Positions 1-11,355 of a stretch of 64,000 nt of DNA are shown here, piece after piece. The notes under the pieces are model-generated. The model did not search any database, was not told the DNA's origin, and saw only the letters and a program-made list of their open reading frames with translations. Position 1 is the stretch's first letter; every line of letters begins with the position of its first letter. Source of the DNA: Anthoceros angustus (taxonomy: Eukaryota > Plantae > Anthocerotophyta). A program made the position numbers and the translations under genes. The stretch lies in NCBI GenBank assembly GCA_010909165.1, contig VJWM01000007.1:434001-498000 (forward strand), given 5' to 3'.

Positions 1-714
1 TGCTTCCAAACCAAGGTCTGAATTTGTGTGTGCAGACCGTGCACCAACATCGGTGCCTCCAAAAGAATGGAAGACTTGTAATGTTTGCTTTGCTCGCAAA
101 ATTGGGATTCAGGCTTCCACCAACCATGGCACGTCTCCAAATGAGTAATGTTGAGGATGACCACCTTATATATACTTTGGCTGACTTGCATCTAGAGATG
201 GAGATGTTCACTCTTACAAAATTGGAAATTCTATTGAACCTTAAATTGATGTTGATCTAGAGCTTGAAATTCTTCGATTTTTCCAATCCAGATTTTTCCA
301 ATTGGATTGTCCATCACTGCAACTTCCTGACGTGCATGACTCGATAGCTAGTTCACGATTCCGCGTTTGTTGCTCATGATGTGGGATGCAATAGAATTGT
401 GAAGCAGTTATCATTGGCAGCTTGGGAAATTTTGTTCATCAGCTCCATATTGGAAAACAACTTCTGTGGAGCTTAATTGCTCATTGCGGGATGACAAGCA
501 TATGAAGACCCTACCTACACTGGGAAAACGATAACAAGCCCAAACAAGACAGAGACAACGAGTAAGGTATTCTAGTCATGGGCACTCCAACCTACAATTC
601 AATTTGGAAAATGGCATTGTCCACGTTTCATATGCAGCATAATAATGAAGCTCACAATCGTCCCACATGTCATGAGCATAATTTCCCTCCACCAGCAAAA
701 GCAGAGTCCTTAGG

Positions 715-1000
715 TTCCTCACACGGGGGAAGTCGGTGTGCCTAACTTTAGACCTCACACAGGGGAGGTCGGTGCGCCTAACTTTGGACCTCACATGAGG
801 GAGGTTGGCGCGCCTAACTTTAAACATCACACGAGAGAGGTCGGCACCCTCACACGAGGAAGGTCGGCGCACTTAAATTTAGGCCTCACACGTGAGAGGT
901 CGGCGCCAAAAAACTAGGACGATTTACAAAATATTTTCAAACTTTTTCCAAATAACCAAGACCAAAATTTAGACCTCACACGCGAGAGGTCGATGCGCCA
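715..1000. repeat. Degenerate 36-bp tandem repeat with an internal hairpin (GACCTC-N8-GAGGTC), about 7 copies
   Basis: Units of the type gacctcacacaggggaggtcggtgcgcctaacttt start at 715, 751, 787 and 823 (36-bp period), with looser copies at about 846, 882 and 972. The last two are followed by a duplicated ~70-bp AT-rich tail (gatttacaaaa..ttttcaaactttttccaaa). Confidence 0.85.
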
Positions 1001-1481
1001 AAAAACTGGGATGATTTACAAAACGTTTTCAAACTTTTTCCAAACAACCAAGAGGATAACACCCCATTCCGGTACTGATTTGCCCACAAGTTGCTTAACT
1101 ATGGAGTTCTTCTGATGGTGTATATGCACCCTATACATCTTAATGACAAGTCTTGACAAACATGTTCATTATGCACTAAATTTACTTGCTCTTTTCACTA
1201 GGAAGCGGTCAACAATTACCCAAAAGAGAGAGAATTCTGATTTTTGGGATGTATATTTCTTGATAACCGTCTTTGTTAGGTTTGCAGCTTCACACTATTT
1301 GTACAGTTTGCGTTTTTGGATAGGTAAGAACCCTTTTTGAGCCCCCTTCCAAGTAGTTTGGTCCAAAGCCCTCTCATGGTTGAAAAGCCCCCTAACCCAA
1401 CAGACATTGTTTATGTCTAATGTACTGCCTAGTTTGGAAAACAACAATGCAGCGCTTGTGGATGTAGCAAAATATATTGAG

Positions 1482-1584
1482 GAGCAACTACAAGTGGGAC
1501 ATGTCGAGCAACTGCAAGTGGGACATGTAGAGCAACTGCAAGTGGGACATGTAGAGCAACTGCAAGTGGGACATCTAGAGCAAC
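1482..1584 (+). repeat. 24-bp tandem repeat x4 (gagcaactgcaagtgggacatgta), reading EQLQVGHV in ORF 1380-1658
   Basis: Copies start at 1482, 1506, 1530 and 1554, with a partial copy at 1578. Confidence 0.9.
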
Positions 1585-2050
1585 AAACATTTGAGAGAGA
1601 AAATTTGCGATCTTTTCCAAAACTGAGGATAAAGGAATGCAACATTGAAGTGACATAGGCCGAGATTAGTGACATCTATAACAAAGTCGCATCATATAGA
1701 CATCCCAATAAAACACATGGTGAGCCGCATCATACAGAAATTCCAATGAAGCACATAGTGAAAATGTGACAATCTCACAGCTCTTAATCAAGTATAAGAG
1801 AACTTGTATGATCGAAAGTATTATCATTACAATGGTATATGTCATTATGTGCATTGGATCCACACTTCTTTAACATAATAAATAATAATCGAGTAAATTA
1901 AATAAAAAATAAAAATGAACCTAAAATGAATAAAAGATCTTCCAAGCCCCAGGATCAAAGCCTTCATTAAGAACCAGTAAAAACAGTGATTGCAGAGTGA
2001 TGGGGGCACACCACATTCTTACAATGGAACTAGAAACGGGAAATATGCAG

Positions 2051-2177
2051 GCTCGAACCAGTCGTCCTCAAGTGTACCGGCCATCATAAGCGAGCTTTTA
2101 ACAATGATTACCTAGCTTGAACCAGCCGTTCTCAAGTGTACCGACCATCATAAGCGAACTTTTAACAATGATTACCT
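2051..2177. repeat. 64-bp direct duplication
   Basis: gct(c/t)gaaccag(t/c)cgt(c/t)ctcaagtgtaccg(g/a)ccatcataagcga(g/a)cttttaacaatgattacct occurs at 2051 and 2115. Confidence 0.85.
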
Positions 2178-2613
2178 TGGTGTCGATCACTTTGTACAAA
2201 ATATACAAAATATCAAAGAGGCACTAAATTTCACAGAAGCAAATGTGCGCACAAACCCTGATGGACTTTGCAGGCCCCAGTCGGGCAATATGCGAGGTGC
2301 CCCTTATAGTAAACGTAAACAAAGTAGGTAGGTATACAAGGAATAAGTTCGGCATTCGGTGAGAACTGTATTCACGATTAAAAAAGAAGTTCGATACACA
2401 TACATATATACGTCCTTGTGAGACTGCGTTCTGTGCGGCTCCACGTCAAGGAGACGCGTTTTAAATCCGGCGTGAAAGATATCCCACGGCGGCGGAGCTC
2501 CGCGCTTTGCAGCGCAGCTCCAGCTAGTTTGTTCTCGTGGGGCTTGTCCGTCCAGGGTGGTATCATTTAGGCTTGTCCTGTAGCATAGCATCGCAGATGA
2601 CACTTGTGTGCGG

Positions 2614-5324
2614 ATGGCGGTGCTTAAGCAGAGGTTGATTGTGGTGGATGTGCTGAGGAGAGAAATTCCGCGACATACCCTGCCCATTTCCATTTCCATT
2701 TCCACTTCCACTTCAAGTTGCCGTTCTACCAAGCTGGCTGTACCGGTGATTCAATTCAGCACTTTTGTTCGCTGTGCCCAATCCGCCAACAACAGGAGAA
2801 ATACAGGCAGAAAAGGAGACGCCGCCGGAGGCTACAAGAAGAAAAGCACAACGGAGAGCTTCAGCAGCTTTGTTCCACCCTCTCCAGCTCCTTCTCTCAA
2901 TTCGCACCAAGACATGCCAGTGACAGCAGCATCCAGTATTGGTTGGGGTCGGCAAGGAGGCGCTTCCGATGACTCTCCCCTTGATTTCGACAAGGTCAAA
3001 TTCTCGGACCTTGTCGCGGGCCAAGCCAGGGATGTGAGCAGGATCAGCTTTGAGGGGACTCCGTATGACGCCACCCTCGACACAGCTGCAGGTAAGAGCA
3101 GGAACAGCTACGAGGGAGCTGAGGTCCTGGACACGGACCAGGAGCGCACCAAAATTGCTGCCGACTCCAACTTACTTGACCCCGAGAATCAATGGCAGAA
3201 TGTCTTCCCATCTTACATGCAGAGCAAAGGCGACGAATCCGATGATTTGAACCTTTCGTCCTCGCACTTGGCGCAACCCAACGGTGCGGTTGTGAATGGA
3301 GTGGTGGCCAAAAAGGCGGCCGCGGCAGCTACCGCTTCAGCCAAGGCGCTGGAATCTCATGTCACCACGGCTCTTCCCCTTTCCACGCCTCCCTGCTCCG
3401 CAGCCAAACCTCCCACTGAGGGAGGCAAGAACCTGTCGGACCTCATCTCTCACGACCCTATCTGGGCGGCAATCAGAGCTGAAGCTCGGCTGGAGGTGAG
3501 TGTCAATTGTTCTGTTTGTCATCACCACCGCCCGCGCTTTCGTTTTGTTGCCTACAGTACTTAGTTATTGTTAACATACTTGTAGGCAGAACGGGAGCCT
3601 TTACTCAGCAGCTTTTTGTATGCAAGCATCCTAGCTCACCCGTGCTTCGAGCGCTCTTTGGGCTTTATTCTCGCCAACCGACTGAAAAATGCAACTCTGC
3701 TTGCAACACAACTCATGGATGTGTTTGACGATGTGTTTGGCTGCGACCTGCATGTTCAGCAGGCTATTCGTTTGGATGTACAGGTGCTCCTTGCTGTTCT
3801 TTGTCACCGTTTGTTTCTCATGCTCTTTCTGGCAATCTCTGCATCTCGGGGGGGAACCTAAAGGATGGATGGAAGGGAATGCATATCACAAATTATCATA
3901 AGTTCGGAGTCTCTGTCCTTATTCTCTCCAGTTTGGTGTTGGCAGGCTTTGAAGGACCGTGATCCTTCTTGCAGATCATACAGTTCAGCTGTCCTCTACC
4001 TGAAAGTAAGGTTACACCCAAGCCAAGTTGTTTGGGTGTGCTTAGTTTCGTCATTACACAGGGCTCAAGCGACCGACCTCAAAGTGTTGGACTGCTTTGT
4101 TGCCATCTTTGTGATGTACAAGAACTGAGGGACCAGGGTGACTTCCACATGTCTTTTGCAGGGTTATCATGCTTTGCAGGCTTATCGGATAGCCCATGTC
4201 CTGTGGAATCGTGGCCAGCAAGTCTTTGCTCTGGCATTGCAAAGCCGAATCAGTGAGGTGACGATTATCCTTCTCACAACTGTATCGTATGAGAAAGAAC
4301 TCTTTCTAGGGAGGCTTATAGATTGATCCTTTTGTGCAGGTATTTGCCGTGGACATCCACCCAGGTGTGATTTTAGCAGCTAATGATAATGATTTGCATT
4401 TGAAGACAGATCTTCCTCCACAATGGAGATATGTATCTGCTACTTCTATCTGACCAGATGAAAGTCTAATTTGTTTGTGGGACGTATTTGGCTTCAGCTG
4501 CACGTATTGGGAAGTCCATCCTCCTAGACCATGGCACAGGAGTGGTGATTGGAGAGACAGCAGTGATCGGTAATAGAGTGTCGCTAATGCAGGTAAACGT
4601 TTCTGCGGCATGTTCAATGTTTTTCTCTGCTTCCATGTTCTGGAGGCATAGAACGCGTGGGCTCCTGTGTGTATGAAAAGAGTGCCTTCGTTTCTCTCCT
4701 TGGGTGGAAGGCAACAATCGTGAAGAGAAGCTGCTTTTCTGGTTTAAGGCAGCCATAGTCATCCACAGCTCCTACACTCAAACTGTGGGCTGTTCTTTCA
4801 GGGTGTGACATTGGGAGGAACTGGGAAGGACTCCGGTGACAGGCACCCCAAGATAAAAGAAGGAGTTTTGATCGGAGTTGGCGCAACTATTCTGGGCAAC
4901 ATAGTAGTTGGGAAGGGCGCAATGATAGCAGCGGGGTCCCTTGTGTTGAAAGACGTGCCCCCTCACGGGTTCGGATTCCAAATGACCTTCTTTAACTGTC
5001 ATCTTTTGTTATGAGAAGCTGGTCATATCGCTACTGTTCTAATTGAATTGCACGCTGGCATTGCAGCATGGTGGCTGGCACTCCTGCAAAGCTAATTGGG
5101 ATTTTGGAGGAACCGACGCCAGCGTTGACTATGCAACATGGTATCTCGGCTTACCTTTGCTACCTGTTGGTTCTTGAGACAGTCTGAACGATGGTCTGTT
5201 CTCTTAACTGTTTGCATCGTCACAACCTGCAGATGTCACCCGGGATTTCTGTGTAGACCTGGAAGCCGCTGTTAGGCGGCAACTGGCAGGGGAACACGAA
5301 TTATATGGAGGAGCTGGCATTTAG
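2614..5324 (+). CDS. SERAT3: Serine O-acetyltransferase, group 3 (SAT2/SAT4-like), 9 exons, 562 aa, with a long N-terminal extension
   Basis: GT-AG exons 2614-3495, 3586-3783, 3946-4005, 4162-4257, 4340-4364, 4498-4592, 4802-4968, 5067-5140 and 5233-5324 join in frame (1689 nt). Motifs: DPIWAAIRAEARLEAEREPLLSSFLYASIL, DRDPSC, KGYHALQAYRIAH, FAVDIHPAARIG, LLDHGTGVVIGETAVIGN, GVTLGGTGKDSGDRHPKI, MVAGTPAK. Confidence 0.95.
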
Positions 5325-5782
5325 GTGTACATGATAATTGCACACAGATGTGCTTGATTTGTAGTTGTGTACATATAGAGACACATATCCTTAAAGGGTG
5401 TAAAGGGTAGAAGAAGAAGAATTTTATTTAAGTTCACTAAGGACGGATTTCTATCATGGTACTTGGTACTTACCAGCTTGTACCATGGTGTGCCTAAGCT
5501 ACTTGCACCAAGGGCATCCATTCCCTTTAGGCACCCCATCTAAGTGTCCATGTAAGCTCAGGATGTCTAAGGCGTTCTTATAAATCATTTGGCCTAAGCC
5601 ATAGGACGTAGGTAGTCAGTTACAACCATTGTTTTTGGTAAATTTACTTATATGGGATATGACCGAAGAGTTTTATCCACAATCCTAGACGCGGCAGCTT
5701 TGGCACCATGTGGGCCTTTTCATACTAGACCACGATATTTTCGGAGCGAAATGGGCGATCGCGGGTCCTCCTGATGTAACAA

Positions 5783-5824
5783 CCCCTTCGTTTCGACCCC
5801 TTCGTTTCGACCCCTTCGTTTCGA
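5783..5824. repeat. 14-bp tandem repeat x3 (ccccttcgtttcga)
   Basis: Exact copies at 5783, 5797 and 5811, between the convergent SAT and LACS 3' ends. Confidence 0.85.
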
Positions 5825-6084
5825 GGTGGATGGATTTTCCATCTCTGTTTTCTATACAAAGTCTCCGTCGCGACAAAGGTGCTGATCAAAAGATTCTGCA
5901 TTTTGAATAAATATGTGTTTTAAATTAAAACGCGGCCTGTAGACCCAGAGAATCTCCATTACTCACTTCCTACATCATACTCCCCCGTGCCATTCACTAC
6001 TAATGCATTCCGGTGCATTAGAGGTGCCCAGACCCATTGCTCTCACATCGGCACCCGATCTTCTGGGGCTGACTGAGTGATAGT

Positions 6085-9000
6085 TCACAACGAAGCCTGG
6101 AGTGGAAGACTCTGTTCCTTAGCAGCAATCTCCGAGTACATGTCTGCTATTGCCTTCTCAAAGTAGACCTTAGCCTGTGGCCTTTTGACCTGAAGATAAA
6201 ACCACCCATGACTCAGACCATACGGTCCTCAGGGCAATTAAGTTGGAATCCGATACACCGATGTTGTTACCTTGAAAGTAGGAGTAAGAAGCCCGTTCTC
6301 AACCGTGAAGGGTTCATGTACCAGACAAATGGCCTTGGCAAACTCAAAACCCCGCAACTGTACACAGTAAGAGCAAGGCTTTATCACACACTGCAGCAAT
6401 CAGGTGGACCGACCCAAAGAAAGATGGAAACAGAAGAGCCGTCCTTACTTTGCTTTGCTGACCAACTGTAGTCATATCTGCCAGCACGGCAGAATTCACA
6501 ACTGGATCGGAACATAACTTTCCCAGATCATCAGCATGCTGCATGGAAAAACAGCTTGTAAGACCGTTGAGCCATTCCATGATGTTGAATGTGCAAGCAG
6601 TAAGGAGCAAAACTAAGTCTTATAATGGGGTCTAACTTGCCTTGATGCCTCTTGCTTTTGCCCATGGTACCAACGTTTCAGGATCGATTACTACCACCGC
6701 AACTAGGTTCGAGTTGAGGCTATCGCCTGCAAGCAAGTAGAAACACCTTAGAGCATCTACTCATGCTGCACTGAAGTCAAAACTGGCAGCATCCTGAGTC
6801 ATGATACCAACCATAAATGAAGCATTGGGAGATAAATTCACTTTGAACATAAACGTTTTCAATTTTCTCCGGAGCAATATACTCTCCTTGTGCAAGCTTG
6901 AAGATATTTTTCTTTCTGCAATTACCTTGCGTAAGTTCGGACATGTATCCCCAAGGAAATGACCCTCACACCTGATAGCAGTATACCTGTCAATGATCTT
7001 CAATCTCCCTCCGGGTAACCACAGACCAATATCACCAGTGTGTAACCAGTCTTCCTCATCAATGATCTCCCTCCTGGACCCCAGAAAAAAAGGTGATTAC
7101 ATGCTCAAATCAAACTAAGAAAATCACGCCTGATTGTTCATCTTCTACTTCGACGCAACTCACGTCTGTTTTTCGTCCTTGAAGTAGCCCTTGAAAACTG
7201 TAGGACCTCGTACACAGATCTCCCCTCTGGGATAGGGTTTATCGTCCATGGTGTAGTTCATCTCAGGGACATCTGCTAGTTTCACCTCTGACAAAAACCA
7301 TCACATGTATCAGTTCAAACCCTGCATACATGTGAAACCACAAGGAGGGCACACATATAACACGCAAAGGAACTCCTGATCCCAGCAACAGCCGGATCCT
7401 GGTCCAACTTGTCAATTTCACCCTACCACAGGCTGGATTTGGTGATCCCACATGACCAGGCTCAGGATCGTTGTCATCTTGTGAAGTAATGACACATGAT
7501 GTCTCTGTCATCCCATAACCCTCTGTAACTCTTCCACCAAAGCATCTGGAAACATAGCCATTTGACGATTTTAGTTGCCACATACACTGTGACCATGGCT
7601 GCCATCTTAATGCCGAGGGTTGAGACAAAAAGCAGCCTGATCATCTCGCACCATAATTCATGCCGGTCAAGATATAACATTATAAACTTCTTCAATTGAT
7701 ACTGTTCAAGGCGGTTCTCAGGGGACAAAGTAAAGCACAAAAAACATCTGATTAGAAACCACTCACACCCTCAGAAACTCCAACACCTCCGAGGATATTG
7801 GGGATGCACCCGAAAGGATAAGTCTGACACGCCCACCCAGCCGTGCTTTAATCTTGTTAAAGACCAGACGATCCCAGATTGGAGATGGAGCATTTCCTAC
7901 AAGTAGGAGCCGCCTCCTTCAGTATGAAACTCTCTCCTCCATCCCCTCCTCATGAGAGGGAATCTAAAACACACCATGCAGTAGAATTGCTTTCCATATC
8001 AGAGTACCTCTCCTTAAAGCCTCCTTTTTTGAGTGGTAGGCTACTCTGAATAATCTCTCTCGAAGACCGCCAGAGCTCTTGACAGTTGCATTGATCCTGA
8101 GAGGTGACGGATTCCAGTGAGCACTCACCCAGGTCAATCTCTTATCCAGAATGCATGTACACATAACAACCCGCACAAACAAATGGTGACAGGAACTTGA
8201 TTGATCACCAAATAGCACAAGAACCCTACCTGTCATAAATCCTGTTGTAAAGTCTTGGTACACTGGCGAAGACAGTTGGCCGCAGGACTTCCATGTCATC
8301 CATCAACTTCAGGACATCCTTCATTGACCAGCGTTTTTCATACAAGGTGAATGCCTAGAGGCAGGGAAATAGACAGGGGCACCTACAGGAAGCTTATATG
8401 CATCTAGACTCACCCCTTGATAGAATCCGACCGCTGCTCCGACGTGCGTCATAAATATGAGATTAGCCCTTTCATAAATATGGGCAAGTGGCAGATAAGA
8501 AATGTGTCTGCACAATAAAGCAAGGTTAGTCATGAGGTACTAGCAATGCCGCCTGGAATGGCAGCATCTGCATTCGCAATTCCTTGCAGCAACAAAATAA
8601 TGATTACTTCAAGAGGCATTCACCAATTGGACTCACATATCTGAACTCTCCAGCTGTAAGCACAGACTACTGCCAGCTACATTTGCAATCAGCCCGCGAT
8701 GTGTTAGCATTGCGCCCTGCAGGGTTGAATTTCATGGTTGTCATTACCAGGAAGATATTCCTGAAGGTTAGCAACACCAGCTCTGGCAGCTGATGTTAAC
8801 TTTTGTCAACAGAACTGTGCACACCTTTGGAGTACCGGTTGTGCCGCTTGTGTAGCAAAGAGTTGCAATATCCTCCGGTTGTGGTGGGGAGAACGGAGAC
8901 GGATCATTTCGGCCCTGTGCCGCCGATAGAAAGGTAAGGACATGAGACAAGCAGAAAGAACGACAATCACACAGTACACCTAATATTGAGGTATTCAGCT

Positions 9001-10809
9001 AAAGACAAGCATGCATATATGACTTCTCTGAGTATTCCTGATAACATACCTGAGCCTCCAATTGCTGGAATGATAAAATGGTCACTCCAGACGTAACAGG
9101 CAGAGATGGTAGTCGCACGTCCCCTCCTCCAACGACCTGAGCAATTTCCTCTACTGAGATTTGGTACAAGGAACGAGTTTTTGGGGCAGCAGACAGAAAG
9201 AAGCATTAAGGCGGAGAGCTTACCACAATAAGCCGAACCGAAGGCAAATTGGACAAACAGCTTAGAAGCTGTCAAGAAACAAGGAACAGCTGTTGTAAAA
9301 CCCGGTACATTCAAAGAATACTGAAACATGTCGTTTGACTATGTTGGTTGAAAGAGGGAAAGGACAGAGATCACTTCCATGAATACAGGGATGTCCACAA
9401 ACATTGCATGCTTGCACCTCAATCAGGAATTTGTGTGAAGGGAGAGGAAGTTTCTGGCCACACATTCTTACAATCTCAAGCTTGTCTGGGGTGCAAAACA
9501 CAGTTGTTATTTCTGCATGATTGATGATGTATGTCACAGAATCAGGACCTGCAACCAAATTAATGAGCTCAGTTCCTGCTCGACAAAACACTGCAGATGT
9601 TTTAGAAAAGCATATCGGCATGATATAAAGACTTTACCAAGTGTGTCATACAGAGGAACAGAGATGTAGGAATATGATGCACAGGCCTGGTCCACGATTA
9701 TCCACTCCGGCCGGTTGATAAAGTACAATCCAATGCAGGATCCCTGCAAATACCCGTCCGTCAACAAAAAGATGACGGGATCAGCGAACAAACAGAAGAT
9801 TCAACAACTTAATCAGAATCTCAAACGAAGGAAAAACACTTGAGGATGGTCAGCACCTTAGGTACTGCATTTAATACAAGCCCAGAACCCACTGCAGTTC
9901 GGGCAGCACCTGCCTCGCCATACGTCGTCCATCTGTACCTGCAGTACCAGAACAGACAAGATGACAATCTTGTGCTCCACTTGAAATGGACGTCCATGAG
10001 GAGCAAACATCTCTGCTCGACAGCCGTGAGTGGCATCGAAGGATTGGAGGGTAGACAGCTGACTTACTCGCCGACGGTCCCATCGTCTTGAATCCTCGTG
10101 CCCAGATATTTGAGATCTACATAAGCTTTGGTGGCATAACTGCGGCAAAAGACGGAGTGAAACACCCCGCCATGCATCTAATTAACACTACAAGCAGCAG
10201 GGAAGAGGATAGATTATGCCAGCTGTTACACCTCCAGGAACCAGGCCTTACACGAAATTGTCATGGATTGTGCGGATCCAAGGTTGATCCGGAAAATGCT
10301 CCACCAACTTCAAAGGTGATATTGCTGACCTACCAACAGAAGGTGGGTGAGACCCACAGAGCTGGTGCAGCAAGAACAGGAAGCGGTAAAGAAGCTCGAG
10401 ATACCTGTACACATTCCATTTTCCGGTCCGCAACTTCTCCGGCAGAACCACGCTGTAGCCTTGCTCTGCATGCGAGAAGGCGGGAAAGTGTGAATTTAGC
10501 AGTGAGGCAGTGGACGAATGCAATGTGAGGAGCGCTGCGTGCAGGAGGTTGAGAATTTAACGTTGATAGTACTCCCCGGCTGTCACACGCATCCCAAGCT
10601 GCCCATCCTCACCTGAAACAGAGCAAGCCAGCAGTTTTCGTACCAGCATTCGATGACGAGAAGCAGGACACTTGGGCCGGCACGTATGCAAATTGGAAGT
10701 TTTGAAGGCTGTGCCAGGCAGTACCAGCAGACGAGAGAGGGCGAAGGTGGGCGTTGACGGTGCTGAGGCGGCGCAGAGCCTGTGAGTTGGAGGAGCTATG
10801 TCCTTCCAT
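6085..10809 (-). CDS. LACS7: Peroxisomal long-chain acyl-CoA synthetase (LACS6/LACS7-like), many exons
   Basis: Exon fragments read [29 protein letters not shown] (AMP-binding motif), [70 protein letters not shown] and [13 protein letters not shown]. The first in-frame ATG is at 10809 (in-frame TAG upstream at 10894-10896) and the TGA is at 6085-6087. PTS2 RLSTVNAHL lies near the N-terminus. Confidence 0.92.
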
Positions 10810-11341
10810 CTGCAAGCCGGCTGAGGCAACTGATGCTACTGGTGCTGCGTAGGTGGAGCTGCTGCAGGTGAGGATTGAAGCCACCGCCGGGCGCTAATTC
10901 TCGTCTAGTGTCGCGCTGGCGGTGTCCGGTCACGTCACCGTCGCCAACCGGTTCTCGTGCCGTGATTATCGATAAGCCCCTCGGCGTGCTCGCCAGCTTC
11001 GGCTTCGGATTCGGCTGGCAGTGCAAAAAAAGAGTCCCGGAGACACATGCGGATAGAATACGGTTGAGGCACTTCTCTCGGGAAAGTTGCATGCATGTCC
11101 GTACGTGTGCAGATGCCACAGTCCTGTTCCTAATTCCCCCTCCCTCGAGCGTGAGCATCATCATCAGAATGAGGTTCACTTGGAGCACAGCCTACGCATC
11201 GAGGCTGATCGCATTGATTCGACATTGTACAGAGGGCGGGTGGCCCGGGCGCAGCGTAGGCACGCTTCCTTGTTGCAAAATGGTGGTTGTTGCGAAGAGC
11301 AGAGCAAAAGACGTGAAGAAGAAGAGAGCTATGTAGTAGCC

Positions 11342-11349
11342 TAGGGTTT
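11342..11349 (-). promoter_or_regulatory. Telo-box (AAACCCTA) upstream of LACS
   Basis: TAGGGTTT on the + strand at 11342-11349, about 530 bp upstream of the LACS ATG. It is a single short motif and could be chance. Confidence 0.25.
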
Positions 11350-11355
11350 GTTTGA

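Noticed and set aside
1-560. Degraded transposase or zinc-finger gene (CNVC motif; FSNMELM)
   Set aside because: All frames have multiple stops and no diagnostic motif, so the region cannot be assigned.
715-1000. CRISPR-like array (36-bp palindromic repeats)
   Set aside because: The units are contiguous with no unique spacers, there are no cas genes, and the context is eukaryotic.
10796-11336. 130-153-aa ORFs between LACS and the kinase
   Set aside because: They have no recognisable motifs and lie in a GC-rich promoter/UTR region.
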